Shown: positions 10,787 through 20,776, counted from the stretch's first letter. The stretch: 44,121 nt of DNA from Alphaproteobacteria bacterium (GCA_044371315.1 JBILTX010000003.1:1-44121), one strand, 5' to 3'. Translations and numbers: made by a program. Notes: generated from the sequence alone by a model not told the origin.

Positions 10787-11707
10787 ATGAAAAAACAAAA
10801 AACCCTTGCCAAGGCGATCTCTTTTTCTGGTGTTGGTTTGCACACGGGGGATCAGGTCACATTGACCTTAAAACCCGCCCCTGTGAACCACGGCATTGTT
10901 TTTCATCGCACGGACCTGAACATTTCTATACCTGCCCATCATGCTTTGGTGGAGCCCTCCCCCCTGTGCACCACCTTGGTCAGTCTTTGTGGTCGCGCCC
11001 GTGTGTCCACGGTTGAGCATCTGATGTCCGCCTTGGCCGGATGCCGTGTGGACAATGTCTTAATTGACATCACTGGGGCGGAAATGCCCATTATGGACGG
11101 CAGTGCCGCCCCTTTTGTTCAGGCCATTCTGTCGGCGGGATTGATCCCCCAACCGGCCCAGCGTCGCGCGTATCGTATCCTGCAGGCCGTTCATGTGCAT
11201 GACGGGGAAAAAACAGCGTCGCTTTTGCCCAGTGTTTCTAAAGATTTATCCATAACCTGCCGCATTGACTTTGATCATGCGGCCATTGGAGCGCAAACGT
11301 TTACCTTGGCCTCTTTGGATGATTTTGGGGACCTTATCGCCCGCGCTCGTACCTTTGGATTTGAAAAAGATATTGAAACCCTCCGTAAAATGGGATTGGC
11401 CAAGGGGGGCAGTCTGGACAATGCCATTGTGTTTGGGGATACCCGCGTTTTAAATCCCGAAGGCATGCGTTATGAAAACGAATGTGTCCGTCACAAAGTT
11501 CTGGACGCTGTTGGCGATCTTTATCTGGCAGGTTTGCCGTTGGTGGGGGATTTTTATGGGTACTGTTCGGGTCACTTTTTAAATTATCGCTTGCTGACGG
11601 AATTGTTTGCCAACCCAGACGCATATGAGGAAATTCTGTGGGGAGATGATGACTCTACCCTCGCTATTCCCCAAGAAACAGGGGATTTACACCCCTTGTG
11701 GGCCTAG
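10787..11707 (+). CDS. lpxC: UDP-3-O-acyl-N-acetylglucosamine deacetylase
   Basis: GVGLHTG, STVEHLMSAL, RARTFGF, RHKVLDAVGDL. Confidence 0.97.
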   Translation: MKKQKTLAKAISFSGVGLHTGDQVTLTLKPAPVNHGIVFHRTDLNISIPAHHALVEPSPLCTTLVSLCGRARVSTVEHLMSALAGCRVDNVLIDITGAEMPIMDGSAAPFVQAILSAGLIPQPAQRRAYRILQAVHVHDGEKTASLLPSVSKDLSITCRIDFDHAAIGAQTFTLASLDDFGDLIARARTFGFEKDIETLRKMGLAKGGSLDNAIVFGDTRVLNPEGMRYENECVRHKVLDAVGDLYLAGLPLVGDFYGYCSGHFLNYRLLTELFANPDAYEEILWGDDDSTLAIPQETGDLHPLWA

Positions 11708-12327
11708 AACCCCGCCCATAACCTGAAAAGAACCCATGGACGTTTTGGATTTTTGGGCCTTGGCCCCAAAGCCCGCACGGCCCGTGCCATGACGCCCGCA
11801 TCCCCGTTATGCCTTTGGGGACCATCACCCCAAAGATAGGGCGGGTTATCCCCCCGCATTCTATGGTTTTGCCACCCCCACAGGGAAAAGGTAGAGGAAA
11901 GACCAAGACCTTCCTGCTCATAAATCACGGCACCCATGGCGCCAAATGTTGTGTGCAGATGGATTTCCCAGCCCTCTTTTGTCATCTCTTGATCATCCAG
12001 ATACGCGCGAAACGCCCCCAGGATCGAGGGAAGATGGGGATGTTGCAGAAGATCCCTTGGGGCCTCTTGCAGCAGGGGGTGATCAGCATAGTGCCCCTGT
12101 TGCAACGTATCGGCCCACCATTGCAGTTTGATGTGGCGCAGGAATGTCTCCGGATCATCGGGGCCTTTTGCGGCGGTGAAAGCAAACCACGTGGCCAGCA
12201 GGGCCATTCCGGATTGAAAACGATGGCGTTGCTGAGCATCACGAATCAACAGACTGGCCATAAAGGCCAGATAATCCTGATCATACAGGGTTTTTTCCGT
12301 TACGGTTGTGGGGACAGGGCGGGGCAT
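11704..12327 (-). CDS. Squalene/phytoene synthase-family (NDUFAF6-like) protein, short and divergent
   Basis: DYLAFMASLL...HIKLQWWADTL resembles the family's IRLQWWRD motif. Confidence 0.55.
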   Translation of the reverse strand: MPRPVPTTVTEKTLYDQDYLAFMASLLIRDAQQRHRFQSGMALLATWFAFTAAKGPDDPETFLRHIKLQWWADTLQQGHYADHPLLQEAPRDLLQHPHLPSILGAFRAYLDDQEMTKEGWEIHLHTTFGAMGAVIYEQEGLGLSSTFSLWGWQNHRMRGDNPPYLWGDGPQRHNGDAGVMARAVRALGPRPKNPKRPWVLFRLWAGF

Positions 12328-12845
12328 GTCAAGATTTTCTGAACCACAGTGGCAACATCATCCCCATCCGCCTGAATCGTAACATGAGCCTTTTCATACC
12401 ATGGCTGTCGCTGGGCGTACAGCACTTCGGCGTCCTGTTGCCACGTGGGGGATTGCAGCAGGGGACGATGGGCCCGTTCTTTCGCCAGCCGCGCCCACAA
12501 TACAGACGGGGGCACCTTCAGCCAGACCGTTGTGGTATCCTCTTGCAGTCGGTTATGGGTTTTGGGCCATGCAAACGCCCCCCCGCCCGTGGCCACAACA
12601 CACTTTGGGGGCAGCAGGCGCACGGTATTATATTCATAATCCCGAAAGCCAACCTCCCCCAACGTGGCAAAAATCTGGGGGATGGGGGCCTTGGCCATCT
12701 GGGTGATCTCTTCATCCAAATCCACAAAGGGGACATTCAGGGCCTGCGCCAAGGCCTTGCCCACCGTGGATTTGCCGCACCCCATAAATCCAACGAGGGA
12801 TAGGGGGCGGAAAAGGGTCAAAGAAGGGATCCGTGATGAAACCAT
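12300..12845 (-). CDS. aroK: Shikimate kinase
   Basis: GFMGCGKSTVG, DLDEEI, FRDYE, VVATGGG, RPLL. Confidence 0.95.
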   Translation of the reverse strand: MVSSRIPSLTLFRPLSLVGFMGCGKSTVGKALAQALNVPFVDLDEEITQMAKAPIPQIFATLGEVGFRDYEYNTVRLLPPKCVVATGGGAFAWPKTHNRLQEDTTTVWLKVPPSVLWARLAKERAHRPLLQSPTWQQDAEVLYAQRQPWYEKAHVTIQADGDDVATVVQKILTCPALSPQP

Positions 12846-12975
12846 AAAGCCGCGGCAACCCCCAAAGTTATCTGGTCAACGTTATGCGTGTAACAACGTG
12901 TTTTTAATTTCTTTTTTTTCCAAAACTATGGTAAAGAACGATCCTTCATTTTCAAAGCCCTTTTGGATTTTTTTT

Positions 12976-14802
12976 ATGCCGCAAAACACTCGCCTGCGCA
13001 ACATTGCCATTATTGCCCACGTTGACCATGGAAAAACAACCCTTGTGGATGCCATTTTGCGCCAAAGTGGAACCTTTCGCACCAACCAAGCGGTGGCGGA
13101 ACGGGCCATGGACAAAGGGGATCTGGAAAAAGAGCGCGGCATCACCATTTTGGCCAAATGCACAGCCATTGATTGGGATGGACACCGCATCAACATTATT
13201 GACACCCCAGGCCACGCCGATTTTGGGGGCGAGGTTGAGCGCATTTTGCATATGGCCGATGGTGTGATCCTGTTGGTGGATGCGGCGGAGGGCACCCTGC
13301 CCCAAACCAAGTTCGTCTTAACCAAGGCCCTGAAACAGGGCATGCGCCCCATTGTTTTGATCAACAAAATTGATCGTCCCGATGCCCGTCCGGACGAGGT
13401 TTTAAACGAAATTTTTGATCTGTTCGTGGCGCTGGATGCCAATGAAGAGCAACTGGATTTTCCTGTGCTGTATGCCTCGGGCCGCGCGGGCTGGTGCGCC
13501 GAAAGTTTGGATGCACCCCGTGAAAACCTGCACCCTTTGCTGGATCTGGTTTTGCGTCATGTCCCTGCCCCCACGGTGGATTCTGATGCGCCGTTTTCCA
13601 TGCTGGCCACTTTGCTGGATTATGACCCTTACTTGGGCCGTGTGCTAACAGGGCGCGTGGCCAGCGGAACGGCCAAAGTCAATGCCCAGGTGCATGCGCT
13701 GGATCTCAACGGCACTGTAACAGATCGTTTTCGCCTGACCAAACTTTTTAACTACAAAGGCTTAGAGCGCTTTCCCGTGGATGCGGTTGAGGCGGGCGAT
13801 ATCGTCTGCATCGCCGGCATGACCGTGGCCACGGTGGCCGATACGGTGGCGGACCCATCGGTGAGCCAGCCCATTCAAACCACCCCCATTGACCCCCCCA
13901 CCATGGCCATCACCCTCAGCGTGAATGATTCCCCCTTGGCGGGGACAGAGGGGAAAAAGCTGACCTCCACCATGATTCGTGAACGTTTGATGGCGGAAAA
14001 CGAGGGGAACGTGGCCATTCGCGTGTCCGAAACCGCCGGCAAAGATGCCTTTGAAGTCGCCGGACGGGGGGAATTGCAGCTGGGTGTTTTGATTGAAACC
14101 ATGCGGCGCGAGGGCTTTGAAATGTCCGTGTCCCGCCCCCGCGTTTTGCTGCGCAAAACCGAGGATGGACAAACCGAAGAGCCCTATGAAGAAGTCATCG
14201 CCGACGTGGATGAAGAATTCACCGGCGTGGTGGTGGAAAAAATGTCCATGCGCAAAGCCGAAATGGTGGATATGCGCCCCAGTGGGGGCGGAAAAACCCG
14301 CATTACCTTTATTGCGCCGTCTCGGGGATTGATTGGGTATCAGGGGCAGTTTTTGACGGATACGCGGGGCACCGGTGTTTTGAACCGTTTGTTTCACAGT
14401 TATGGCCCCTACAAAGGGGACATTGCCGGCCGCCGCAACGGCGCCCTGATTTCCACCGACAAAGGGGAAGCCGTGGCCTATGCCATTTTCAACCTGCAAG
14501 ATCGGGGGACGATGTTCATTAACCCGGGCGATAAAGTTTATCAGGGCATGATCGTTGGGGAACACAGCCGCGATAATGATTTGGATATCAACGTGCTGAA
14601 GGGCAAACAGCTGACCAACATCCGCGCCGCCGGCAAGGATGACGCCCTGATCCTGACCCCGCCACGGAAAATGAGCATGGAGGACATGATCAGCTATATC
14701 AACGATGATGAATTGCTGGAGGTCACCCCCCAATCCCTGCGCCTGCGGAAAAAACACCTCACCCCCAACGAACGCACTCAGGCGAAGAAGCGGGTGAGTT
14801 AG
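12976..14802 (+). CDS. typA: Translational GTPase TypA/BipA
   Basis: RNIAIIAHVDHGKTTLVD, ERGITILAK, GRGELQL, KQLTNIRAAG, LEVTP; true start ATG 12976. Confidence 0.98.
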   Translation: MPQNTRLRNIAIIAHVDHGKTTLVDAILRQSGTFRTNQAVAERAMDKGDLEKERGITILAKCTAIDWDGHRINIIDTPGHADFGGEVERILHMADGVILLVDAAEGTLPQTKFVLTKALKQGMRPIVLINKIDRPDARPDEVLNEIFDLFVALDANEEQLDFPVLYASGRAGWCAESLDAPRENLHPLLDLVLRHVPAPTVDSDAPFSMLATLLDYDPYLGRVLTGRVASGTAKVNAQVHALDLNGTVTDRFRLTKLFNYKGLERFPVDAVEAGDIVCIAGMTVATVADTVADPSVSQPIQTTPIDPPTMAITLSVNDSPLAGTEGKKLTSTMIRERLMAENEGNVAIRVSETAGKDAFEVAGRGELQLGVLIETMRREGFEMSVSRPRVLLRKTEDGQTEEPYEEVIADVDEEFTGVVVEKMSMRKAEMVDMRPSGGGKTRITFIAPSRGLIGYQGQFLTDTRGTGVLNRLFHSYGPYKGDIAGRRNGALISTDKGEAVAYAIFNLQDRGTMFINPGDKVYQGMIVGEHSRDNDLDINVLKGKQLTNIRAAGKDDALILTPPRKMSMEDMISYINDDELLEVTPQSLRLRKKHLTPNERTQAKKRVS

Positions 14803-14806
14803 GGGG

Positions 14807-15042
14807 CAAGGCTGTTCCTTTCTGCCAGAACCTAACGATTCTGCGTCATTCCGGCCCAGCGAGCGATAGCGAGCGCCGAGCCGGAACCCAGCGCAAATGC
14901 CAAAACGCGAAGCGTTTTGTTCCTTGGTTTTCATAATACAAAGGCAAAAGGCTGCGCCTTTTGACAGTGGCGCTGGATACCGGATCAGCGGTCGCTGCGC
15001 TCCCTTGTCCGGTATGACGATGCATAGACATGAACAGCCCTG
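14807..15042. mobile_element. MITE (236 bp) with ISAs1-like ends and 10-bp target duplication
   Basis: Ends CAAGGCTGTTC / GAACAGCCCTG are inverted repeats; AGTTAGGGGG is duplicated at 14797-14806 and 15043-15052; no transposase ORF. Confidence 0.75.
14844..15019. repeat. CGTC-type REP/RPE-like palindromic repeat pair nested in the MITE
   Basis: CGTCATTCCGG...CCGGAACCCAGCGC (to 14894) faces GCGCTGGATACCGG (14970)...CCGGTATGACG, with internal hairpins. Confidence 0.75.
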
Positions 15043-15051
15043 AGTTAGGGG

Positions 15052-15549
15052 GGGGATTATCCTTGACTGTGTAAAAAGGGTTACTTCACCACAGACACGG
15101 CCATGTTGGGGTTGGCGGGATTGACGATCAATTCCTGCCGTGCGGGGGAAATCAGCACGTCCATGTCCTCCATGGGAACGGCCCCCAAAAGAACTTCATT
15201 GCCCAAAACCAAGGCGCCAACGTAGCACTGACGATTATCAAACGCCACCTTCACGGGCCCCACATAGGGAACGCGGTGCACAGACCCATCGGCAATGCGG
15301 GCTTCGCGGTATTCCAACGTTTCCAGTTGCAACTGCGATACCACATGGGGCGGCAAACACAAATGCAACGCCCCTGTATCCACCAACGCGGACACCTCAA
15401 GGGGGCGCAAGGCCGGATCTCTGGGATTACTCAGGGTAAGGGGGGCGTAAACAAGGCGCATAAACACCTCTTGAAACACAAAAACACCTTAAGACTTTCC
15501 CATAAGGAAGGGAAAAAATCAAAAGGAATGTGGTTGGGGATTATCCTTG
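15052..15549. repeat. 14-bp direct repeat GGGGATTATCCTTG (15052-15065 and 15536-15549) flanking the protease gene
   Basis: Exact match; a third copy is inverted at 37046-37059. Confidence 0.8.
15081..15461 (-). CDS. Clan AA aspartic protease, AF_0612-like
   Basis: ALVDTGALHLCLP catalytic DTG, IADGS, LLGAVPMEDMD; GAGG RBS before ATG 15461. Confidence 0.88.
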   Translation of the reverse strand: MRLVYAPLTLSNPRDPALRPLEVSALVDTGALHLCLPPHVVSQLQLETLEYREARIADGSVHRVPYVGPVKVAFDNRQCYVGALVLGNEVLLGAVPMEDMDVLISPARQELIVNPANPNMAVSVVK

Positions 15550-16206
15550 GGTTCGGTCTGGTATTAGGCTTGCAACCGCTTTTCGGAGGTTTTCAGGGGA
15601 CCAGATAGCCTCTCCCTTTCCTTGAGAGAAACCTCGCACGAATTGCTCTTGGCAATACTGACACAGGATATTGACGGCTCCCCGAGTTGTTTCTTCATTA
15701 AAAAGCGGAGATCCTTGGGTGTTTTTTAGACCTTCTAAAATCTTTTTGAAAGGAATCTCTTTATTACTCCAATAGTATGTCAAAAATCTTCTTTCAGGCG
15801 TTTCAGGATTTTTAGGCCTTTCAGGCGATTGATTATTGGTATAAACTGCAGGATAAAATACAGAAATAGCCCCTTGTTCGGCACCATTCGAATAGGATAA
15901 TTCCATTTCTTTTAATGCAGAATCATACAGTCGACGATGATAGATTTCAGGCAGCCCTTTGGGTTTCCTGCTTGCCAAATATGCAGTTAATTCAGTTAGA
16001 AAAGTACCCGCCAAATCATCTTTACCATATCCAAATGTACGCTCAGCACCGTCTGATATTCGACGAAAAACTGGGGTCAAATCTTTTGGTACAAGACCCT
16101 TTTTCAAAGCCTCTTCCCACGCCAGCAATCGTTGCGTGACTCTACTAAAGAAATCTAATGTTTTGCGGGGGGGGGGGGCGTTTGTGACATGTTTTAAATC
16201 CATCAA
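15541..16206 (-). CDS. Orphan protein P1, paralog of 36515-37054; C12 tract near the 5' end
   Basis: 221-aa AT-rich ORF with three blocks that align to the 36515 protein; the start codon is ambiguous (see findings). Confidence 0.75.
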   Translation of the reverse strand: MMDLKHVTNAPPPRKTLDFFSRVTQRLLAWEEALKKGLVPKDLTPVFRRISDGAERTFGYGKDDLAGTFLTELTAYLASRKPKGLPEIYHRRLYDSALKEMELSYSNGAEQGAISVFYPAVYTNNQSPERPKNPETPERRFLTYYWSNKEIPFKKILEGLKNTQGSPLFNEETTRGAVNILCQYCQEQFVRGFSQGKGEAIWSPENLRKAVASLIPDRTQG

Positions 16207-16223
16207 TAAAAATTATAAAATAT

Positions 16224-16252
16224 GTTATAATAAATCCACGAGGATGTCACAA
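16224..16252 (-). promoter_or_regulatory. Putative sigma70 promoter of P1
   Basis: TTGTGA-N17-TATAAC, in the position equivalent to the P2 promoter. Confidence 0.5.
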
Positions 16253-16342
16253 GAAAAAAATAAGGCTGCCGGTTCTTTTTGACTTTTCTATAAAAAAAGG
16301 TTAGACTGGTTGACATGATCCAAGATCAAGCAGAGATTCCGG

Positions 16343-16600
16343 ATGGAAAACGTAGGGGCTTTTGAGGCCAAAACCCATTTTTCCGAATTGTTGCGTCAGG
16401 TGGAGGCTGGAGACACCATCATCATTACCCGTCATGGCCGTCCCGTGGCGCGTTTGGTGGGATGGGATGCCGACCTTGAAACAATCCAAGAGGACAAAGC
16501 GAGCAAAGCTGTTTCTGTTCTCCATGCCTTTGTTCGGCCCCCTTTGCCCACAGGCATGACGCGGCGAGATGTCATTGAAGACGGTCGTAATTCATCATGA
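16343..16600 (+). CDS. Type II antitoxin, Phd/YefM family
   Basis: VGAFEAKTHFSELLRQVEAGDTIIITRHGRPVARL. Confidence 0.93.
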   Translation: MENVGAFEAKTHFSELLRQVEAGDTIIITRHGRPVARLVGWDADLETIQEDKASKAVSVLHAFVRPPLPTGMTRRDVIEDGRNSS

Positions 16601-16998
16601 TGGTTTTGGATTGTTCCGTGGCCGCCGCCTGGGTTTTTCAAGACGAGCAAACGCCAAAAGCCCTGCAGATCCTAGAGCGGATTGGCAAAGATGGAGCCAT
16701 CGTCCCGCCCCTGTGGCACGATGAACTGGGGAATGTTTTGATGGTGGGCTATCGTCGGGGGCGATTATCCCAAGATCAAGTCACACTCTTTTTAAACGCC
16801 GTGGCGGATTTGCCCCTGAAAACAGCAGAGGTTGTAACGGTCACAAAACGGGGACTCTGGCATGAAAAAGCATCGTGGGGATTGTCGGGATACGATGCGG
16901 CCTATCTGCATTTGGCCCTGCAACGCAAAATCCCCTTGGCCACGCTGGATCAAACATTGGCCGCAACAGCCATGAAGCTGGGGGCTTGTGTGATGTAG
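16597..16998 (+). CDS. vapC: VapC family PIN-domain toxin
   Basis: VLDCSVAAAW...ELGNVL...LSGYDAAYLHLA...LATLD; ATGA overlap with the antitoxin. Confidence 0.92.
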   Translation: MMVLDCSVAAAWVFQDEQTPKALQILERIGKDGAIVPPLWHDELGNVLMVGYRRGRLSQDQVTLFLNAVADLPLKTAEVVTVTKRGLWHEKASWGLSGYDAAYLHLALQRKIPLATLDQTLAATAMKLGACVM

Positions 16999-17082
16999 GG
17001 GCCTCTGCCGAACACTGCAGGCAACTGGAGGATAGAGATTTAGAAAGGCAAAAGCCTAAAAAAGGAAAATGGCCAATCCAAC

Positions 17083-17370
17083 CACAAACAAAACCCCCGT
17101 TATGCCCCTCACCATCGGAGTCTAACCCCGAACACCGATGACACATCCCAAACACCTCCACCACCGAGGCGCGAGGCTGAAAGTCGAGATCCTTGGCCTT
17201 AGCAGGGATCAGGGCAGACAGCTCTGCATCGCAAAATTCCCGCGCATCGCCGCACGCATCACAGATGAGGAACTGGCCTTGTGCCTGCTAGGGTGATAAC
17301 ACGGCACATAGGCATTCAGCGCGTGGATTTTATGCACCAACCCCTGCACCTCTAAGAAATCAATGGCGCG
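17083..17370 (-). pseudogene. Remnant of a second zur gene (3' half, frameshifted)
   Basis: 17131-17370 aligns with zur 27154-27397. The first 52 bp are identical, the rest has mostly third-position changes and a 4-bp deletion near 17275; the 5' half is missing. Confidence 0.9.
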
Positions 17371-17408
17371 ATCCTAGAGGACCCCAGCAGAGATGGCAAT
17401 TTTCTGCC

Positions 17409-19043
17409 TTACTTTCGTCTTAGGAATGCAGGAATTTCAAGCTCTTCATCCACCGCAGGCAAGGGAGACGATTTTGAGATGTCTTGTTTTTGGTGTTCAA
17501 CAGCGGCGTCAATGGGCTGAGGACGGGAAGATGCAGCACCCTCTCCCTTCCCAGGTTTTCCCGCAACAGTTTGGGCCAAACGACCAAAAAGAGACGGCTT
17601 TGAAGAAGAAGCATCCCCAAGATCAGAGAGAGGGGGAAGAGAAGACGAAGCGTCACGAGCAGCAGAAGAAGTTTGTGCAGAAGAAACGGGGCTAACAAAC
17701 GGGCTCTCCGCCCGTGGTGCAGGATTAACCAAAACCGCAGGGGCAGCGGCAATGGGTTCAGGCGCAGAAACCGTTTCCAAACGAGGGGGGACAACCTCCG
17801 CCCGCACGTCAGCACGGACCGCGGGGGGAGTCATAAAGACACCAGAAACATCTTCAGCAAACTCTCTATGAGGATAGGGGGAAGAAGGCTGTTGCAGGGC
17901 CATCCCTACACCTTGGCCAGCCACAGGATATCCACCCGCGGCTGCGCTGTGGGGCGCAGGGTGTTGGGGAGCATAGTTGTTGGGGGCATGGCCGCCGCCA
18001 ACAGGGGCCTGTGCTGGGGTCGCCGAAACAGGGGACCGTGACGCATGGTCAATCGGTTTGGCCGCAGGACGAGGGGCAGCGTCAATGCCCGTGGCCACAA
18101 TGGAAATCCGAATTTTCCCCTGAACACTGTCATCAAAGGTGGAACCAAAAATGATGTTGGCATCGGCGTCAACCTCTTCGCGGATGCGATTGGCGGCTTC
18201 GTCAATTTCAAACAGGGTCATATCTTTGGAACCGGTGATGTTAATCAAAACACCGCGGGCACCTTTCATGGATACATCATCCAGCAACGGATTGGAAATG
18301 GCGGCCTCGGCGGCGGTGACGGCGCGGTTTTCGCCCTCGGCCTCTCCGGTGCCCATCATGGCTTTGCCCATTTCCATCATCACAGTGCGAATATCGGCAA
18401 AATCCAAGTTCACCAACCCTGGCATGACCATCAAATCGGTTATACCGCGAACGCCAGAATGCAGAACATCATCCGCCATTTTAAACGCATCGGCGAAGGT
18501 GGTTTTTTCATTGGCCAAACGGAACAGGTTTTGGTTTGGAATCACAATCAGGGTATCCACAACCTGCTGTAGGGCATCCAGTCCAGCCTCGGCCAGACGC
18601 ATGCGGTGGGCACCTTCAAAATGAAAAGGCTTAGTGACAACGCCCACGGTTAAAATGCCTTTTTCCCGAGCAACACGGGCAATCACAGGGGCCGCCCCTG
18701 TGCCAGTTCCCCCGCCCATACCGGCGGTGATAAAGACCATGTTGCTGCCGTGCAGGTACTCAATGACTTCATCCAAGGCCTCTTCCGCTGCGGCCTTTCC
18801 AATTTCCGGACGGGATCCCGCACCGAGGCCACGGGTAATGTTCATACCGAGTTGAACGCGATTGGGGCATTCCGACTGGGCCAAAGCCTGCGCATCCGCA
18901 TTGGCCACGACAAATTCAATGCCCTGCAGGTTGGCACGGATCATGTTATTGACAGCATTGCCGCCGGCACCCCCCACACCAATGACGGTGATTTTGGGTT
19001 TTAAATCAAAATCATCTTTTGGAATGCTCATATGAATGGCCAT
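17409..19043 (-). CDS. ftsZ: Cell division protein FtsZ (long alphaproteobacterial linker)
   Basis: [29 protein letters not shown]-terminal LEIPAFLRR. Confidence 0.99.
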   Translation of the reverse strand: MAIHMSIPKDDFDLKPKITVIGVGGAGGNAVNNMIRANLQGIEFVVANADAQALAQSECPNRVQLGMNITRGLGAGSRPEIGKAAAEEALDEVIEYLHGSNMVFITAGMGGGTGTGAAPVIARVAREKGILTVGVVTKPFHFEGAHRMRLAEAGLDALQQVVDTLIVIPNQNLFRLANEKTTFADAFKMADDVLHSGVRGITDLMVMPGLVNLDFADIRTVMMEMGKAMMGTGEAEGENRAVTAAEAAISNPLLDDVSMKGARGVLINITGSKDMTLFEIDEAANRIREEVDADANIIFGSTFDDSVQGKIRISIVATGIDAAPRPAAKPIDHASRSPVSATPAQAPVGGGHAPNNYAPQHPAPHSAAAGGYPVAGQGVGMALQQPSSPYPHREFAEDVSGVFMTPPAVRADVRAEVVPPRLETVSAPEPIAAAPAVLVNPAPRAESPFVSPVSSAQTSSAARDASSSLPPLSDLGDASSSKPSLFGRLAQTVAGKPGKGEGAASSRPQPIDAAVEHQKQDISKSSPLPAVDEELEIPAFLRRK

Positions 19044-19219
19044 GGAAACCTCTTAGGCAGCGAGAAAATCACGATATCGTCCGATAGTACACACCTGCTT
19101 TGGGAATCACAAGGGGAAAATCGGTTTGGGCGCGTGGAGGAAAATTGGCAGGCATCCTTGAATGTTTTACCTTTCTTGTGATAAGGTAAATTGTTTTTCA
19201 TCTATACTATGTGTTTTTT

Positions 19220-20776
19220 ATGGTGCCCTCCCCTGCTGCTGTTGTTGGTCATAGCGTTTCTGTTGAGGCGGATGCCCTATTAACTCCAGAGGCTCTATCG
19301 TTTCTGGCCGATCTTCATCGTCATTTTGATCCTGAGCGGCGGCTTTTGCTGCAAATGCGGCGCACGCGCCAACAGCAAAGAGATGCGGGCGTCTTGCCCC
19401 AATTTTTGAAGGAAACGGCGCACATCCGGCAGGACCCCCACTGGAGGATTGCCAGCATTCCCAGAGATTTGATGGATCGCCGCGTAGAAATCACCGGACC
19501 AGTGGACCGCAAAACTGTCATTAACGCCCTAAACTCCGGTGCCAACGGGTTTATGGCGGATTTCGAGGATTCCACCGCCCCTACGTGGAGCAACATCCTG
19601 CAGGGTCAGGTGAATCTGTATGATGCTGTGCGGCGGACCCTGCGTTTGATGACAGAAACCAAAACCTATACCCTATCGGAAACACCGGCGGTTTTGATGG
19701 TCCGCCCCAGAGGATGGCATTTAACTGAGGCCCACGTTCAGGTGGACGGCGCGTCAATGTCGGCCAGTTTATTTGATTTTGGGGTGTTTGTGTTTCACAA
19801 TGCGGCGGCTTTGTTGGCACGGGGAACGGCCCCATATTTTTATCTGCCTAAACTGGAAAGCCATCTTGAGGCCCGTTTATGGCGCAGTGTTTTAGAACGC
19901 GCTGAACATCTTTTGGGTCTTCCCCAAGGAACGTTTCGGGTGACGGCTCTGATTGAAACCCTCGGGGCCGCTTTTGAGGCCGAAGAAATTCTGTATGAAC
20001 TGAAAGATCACATCGTGGCCCTGAACTGTGGCCGATGGGATTATATGTTCAGTTATATCAAAAACCTTCGGGCCCATGCCCATTATCTTTTGCCGGATCG
20101 GGCCTGTGTGACGATGCAAACGCCCATGATGAATGCCTATGTGCGTTTGGTAATTGCGGCGTGTCACAAACGGGGGGCCTATGCCATGGGGGGCATGGCG
20201 GCACAGATTCCCATTAAAAACAATCCAGAGGCCAACGAGGAAGCCCTTGCCCGCGTTCGGGCGGATAAAGAGCGCGAAGCTCGCTTGGGCCATGATGGAA
20301 CATGGGTGGCCCATCCAGGGTTGGTGTCATTGGCGCGGCAAGCCTTTCCGCGCATAGATCAGCGGGATGTCATTCCCGATATATCGGACATAACTCCATC
20401 GTTGCTGTTAACCCCCCCTGAGGGAGATTTGACAGAGGCAGGCCAGCGCATGAACATGCGTGTGGCGATGACGTATCTGGCCTCTTGGTTGTCTGGTGTG
20501 GGATGTGTCCCCATCCATCATTTGATGGAGGATGCCGCCACAGCAGAAATTTGCCGTGCCCAGTTATGGCAGGCGTTGCACCATGGTGTAACGCTCAGCG
20601 ATGGACAAACCTTCACGCGGGACCTCTTTGATCTTTGGTTTGCCCAAGAGTCTGAAGCTCTGGATGTTCCCAACGGGGTGGCAGCCCAAGGCTTGCTGTA
20701 TGATCTGTGCGTGCGGCAGGATTTTGTGGAATTCCTGACCTTGCCCGCCTACGACCGTTTGATCCAAAAAATGTGA
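19220..20776 (+). CDS. aceB: Malate synthase A
   Basis: DRRVEITGP, ADFEDS, VRPRGWHL, LNCGRWDY, AMGGMAAQIP, LMEDAATAEI, FLTLPAY. Confidence 0.96.
   Translation: MVPSPAAVVGHSVSVEADALLTPEALSFLADLHRHFDPERRLLLQMRRTRQQQRDAGVLPQFLKETAHIRQDPHWRIASIPRDLMDRRVEITGPVDRKTVINALNSGANGFMADFEDSTAPTWSNILQGQVNLYDAVRRTLRLMTETKTYTLSETPAVLMVRPRGWHLTEAHVQVDGASMSASLFDFGVFVFHNAAALLARGTAPYFYLPKLESHLEARLWRSVLERAEHLLGLPQGTFRVTALIETLGAAFEAEEILYELKDHIVALNCGRWDYMFSYIKNLRAHAHYLLPDRACVTMQTPMMNAYVRLVIAACHKRGAYAMGGMAAQIPIKNNPEANEEALARVRADKEREARLGHDGTWVAHPGLVSLARQAFPRIDQRDVIPDISDITPSLLLTPPEGDLTEAGQRMNMRVAMTYLASWLSGVGCVPIHHLMEDAATAEICRAQLWQALHHGVTLSDGQTFTRDLFDLWFAQESEALDVPNGVAAQGLLYDLCVRQDFVEFLTLPAYDRLIQKM

Noticed and set aside
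13762-14934. 390-aa minus-strand ORF, and similar long antisense ORFs over nuoD, ftsZ and others
   Set aside because: They lie opposite conserved genes and have no motifs; these are typical codon-bias shadow ORFs.
16222-16237. TGTTATA Zur half-site upstream of P1
   Set aside because: No matching second half; better explained as the -10 element.
16841-17164. 107-aa ORF starting MVEVFGMCHRC, and ORFs at 25601-25879
   Set aside because: Read-through of zur-end remnants, overlapping vapC or the COG0523 gene; not independent genes.
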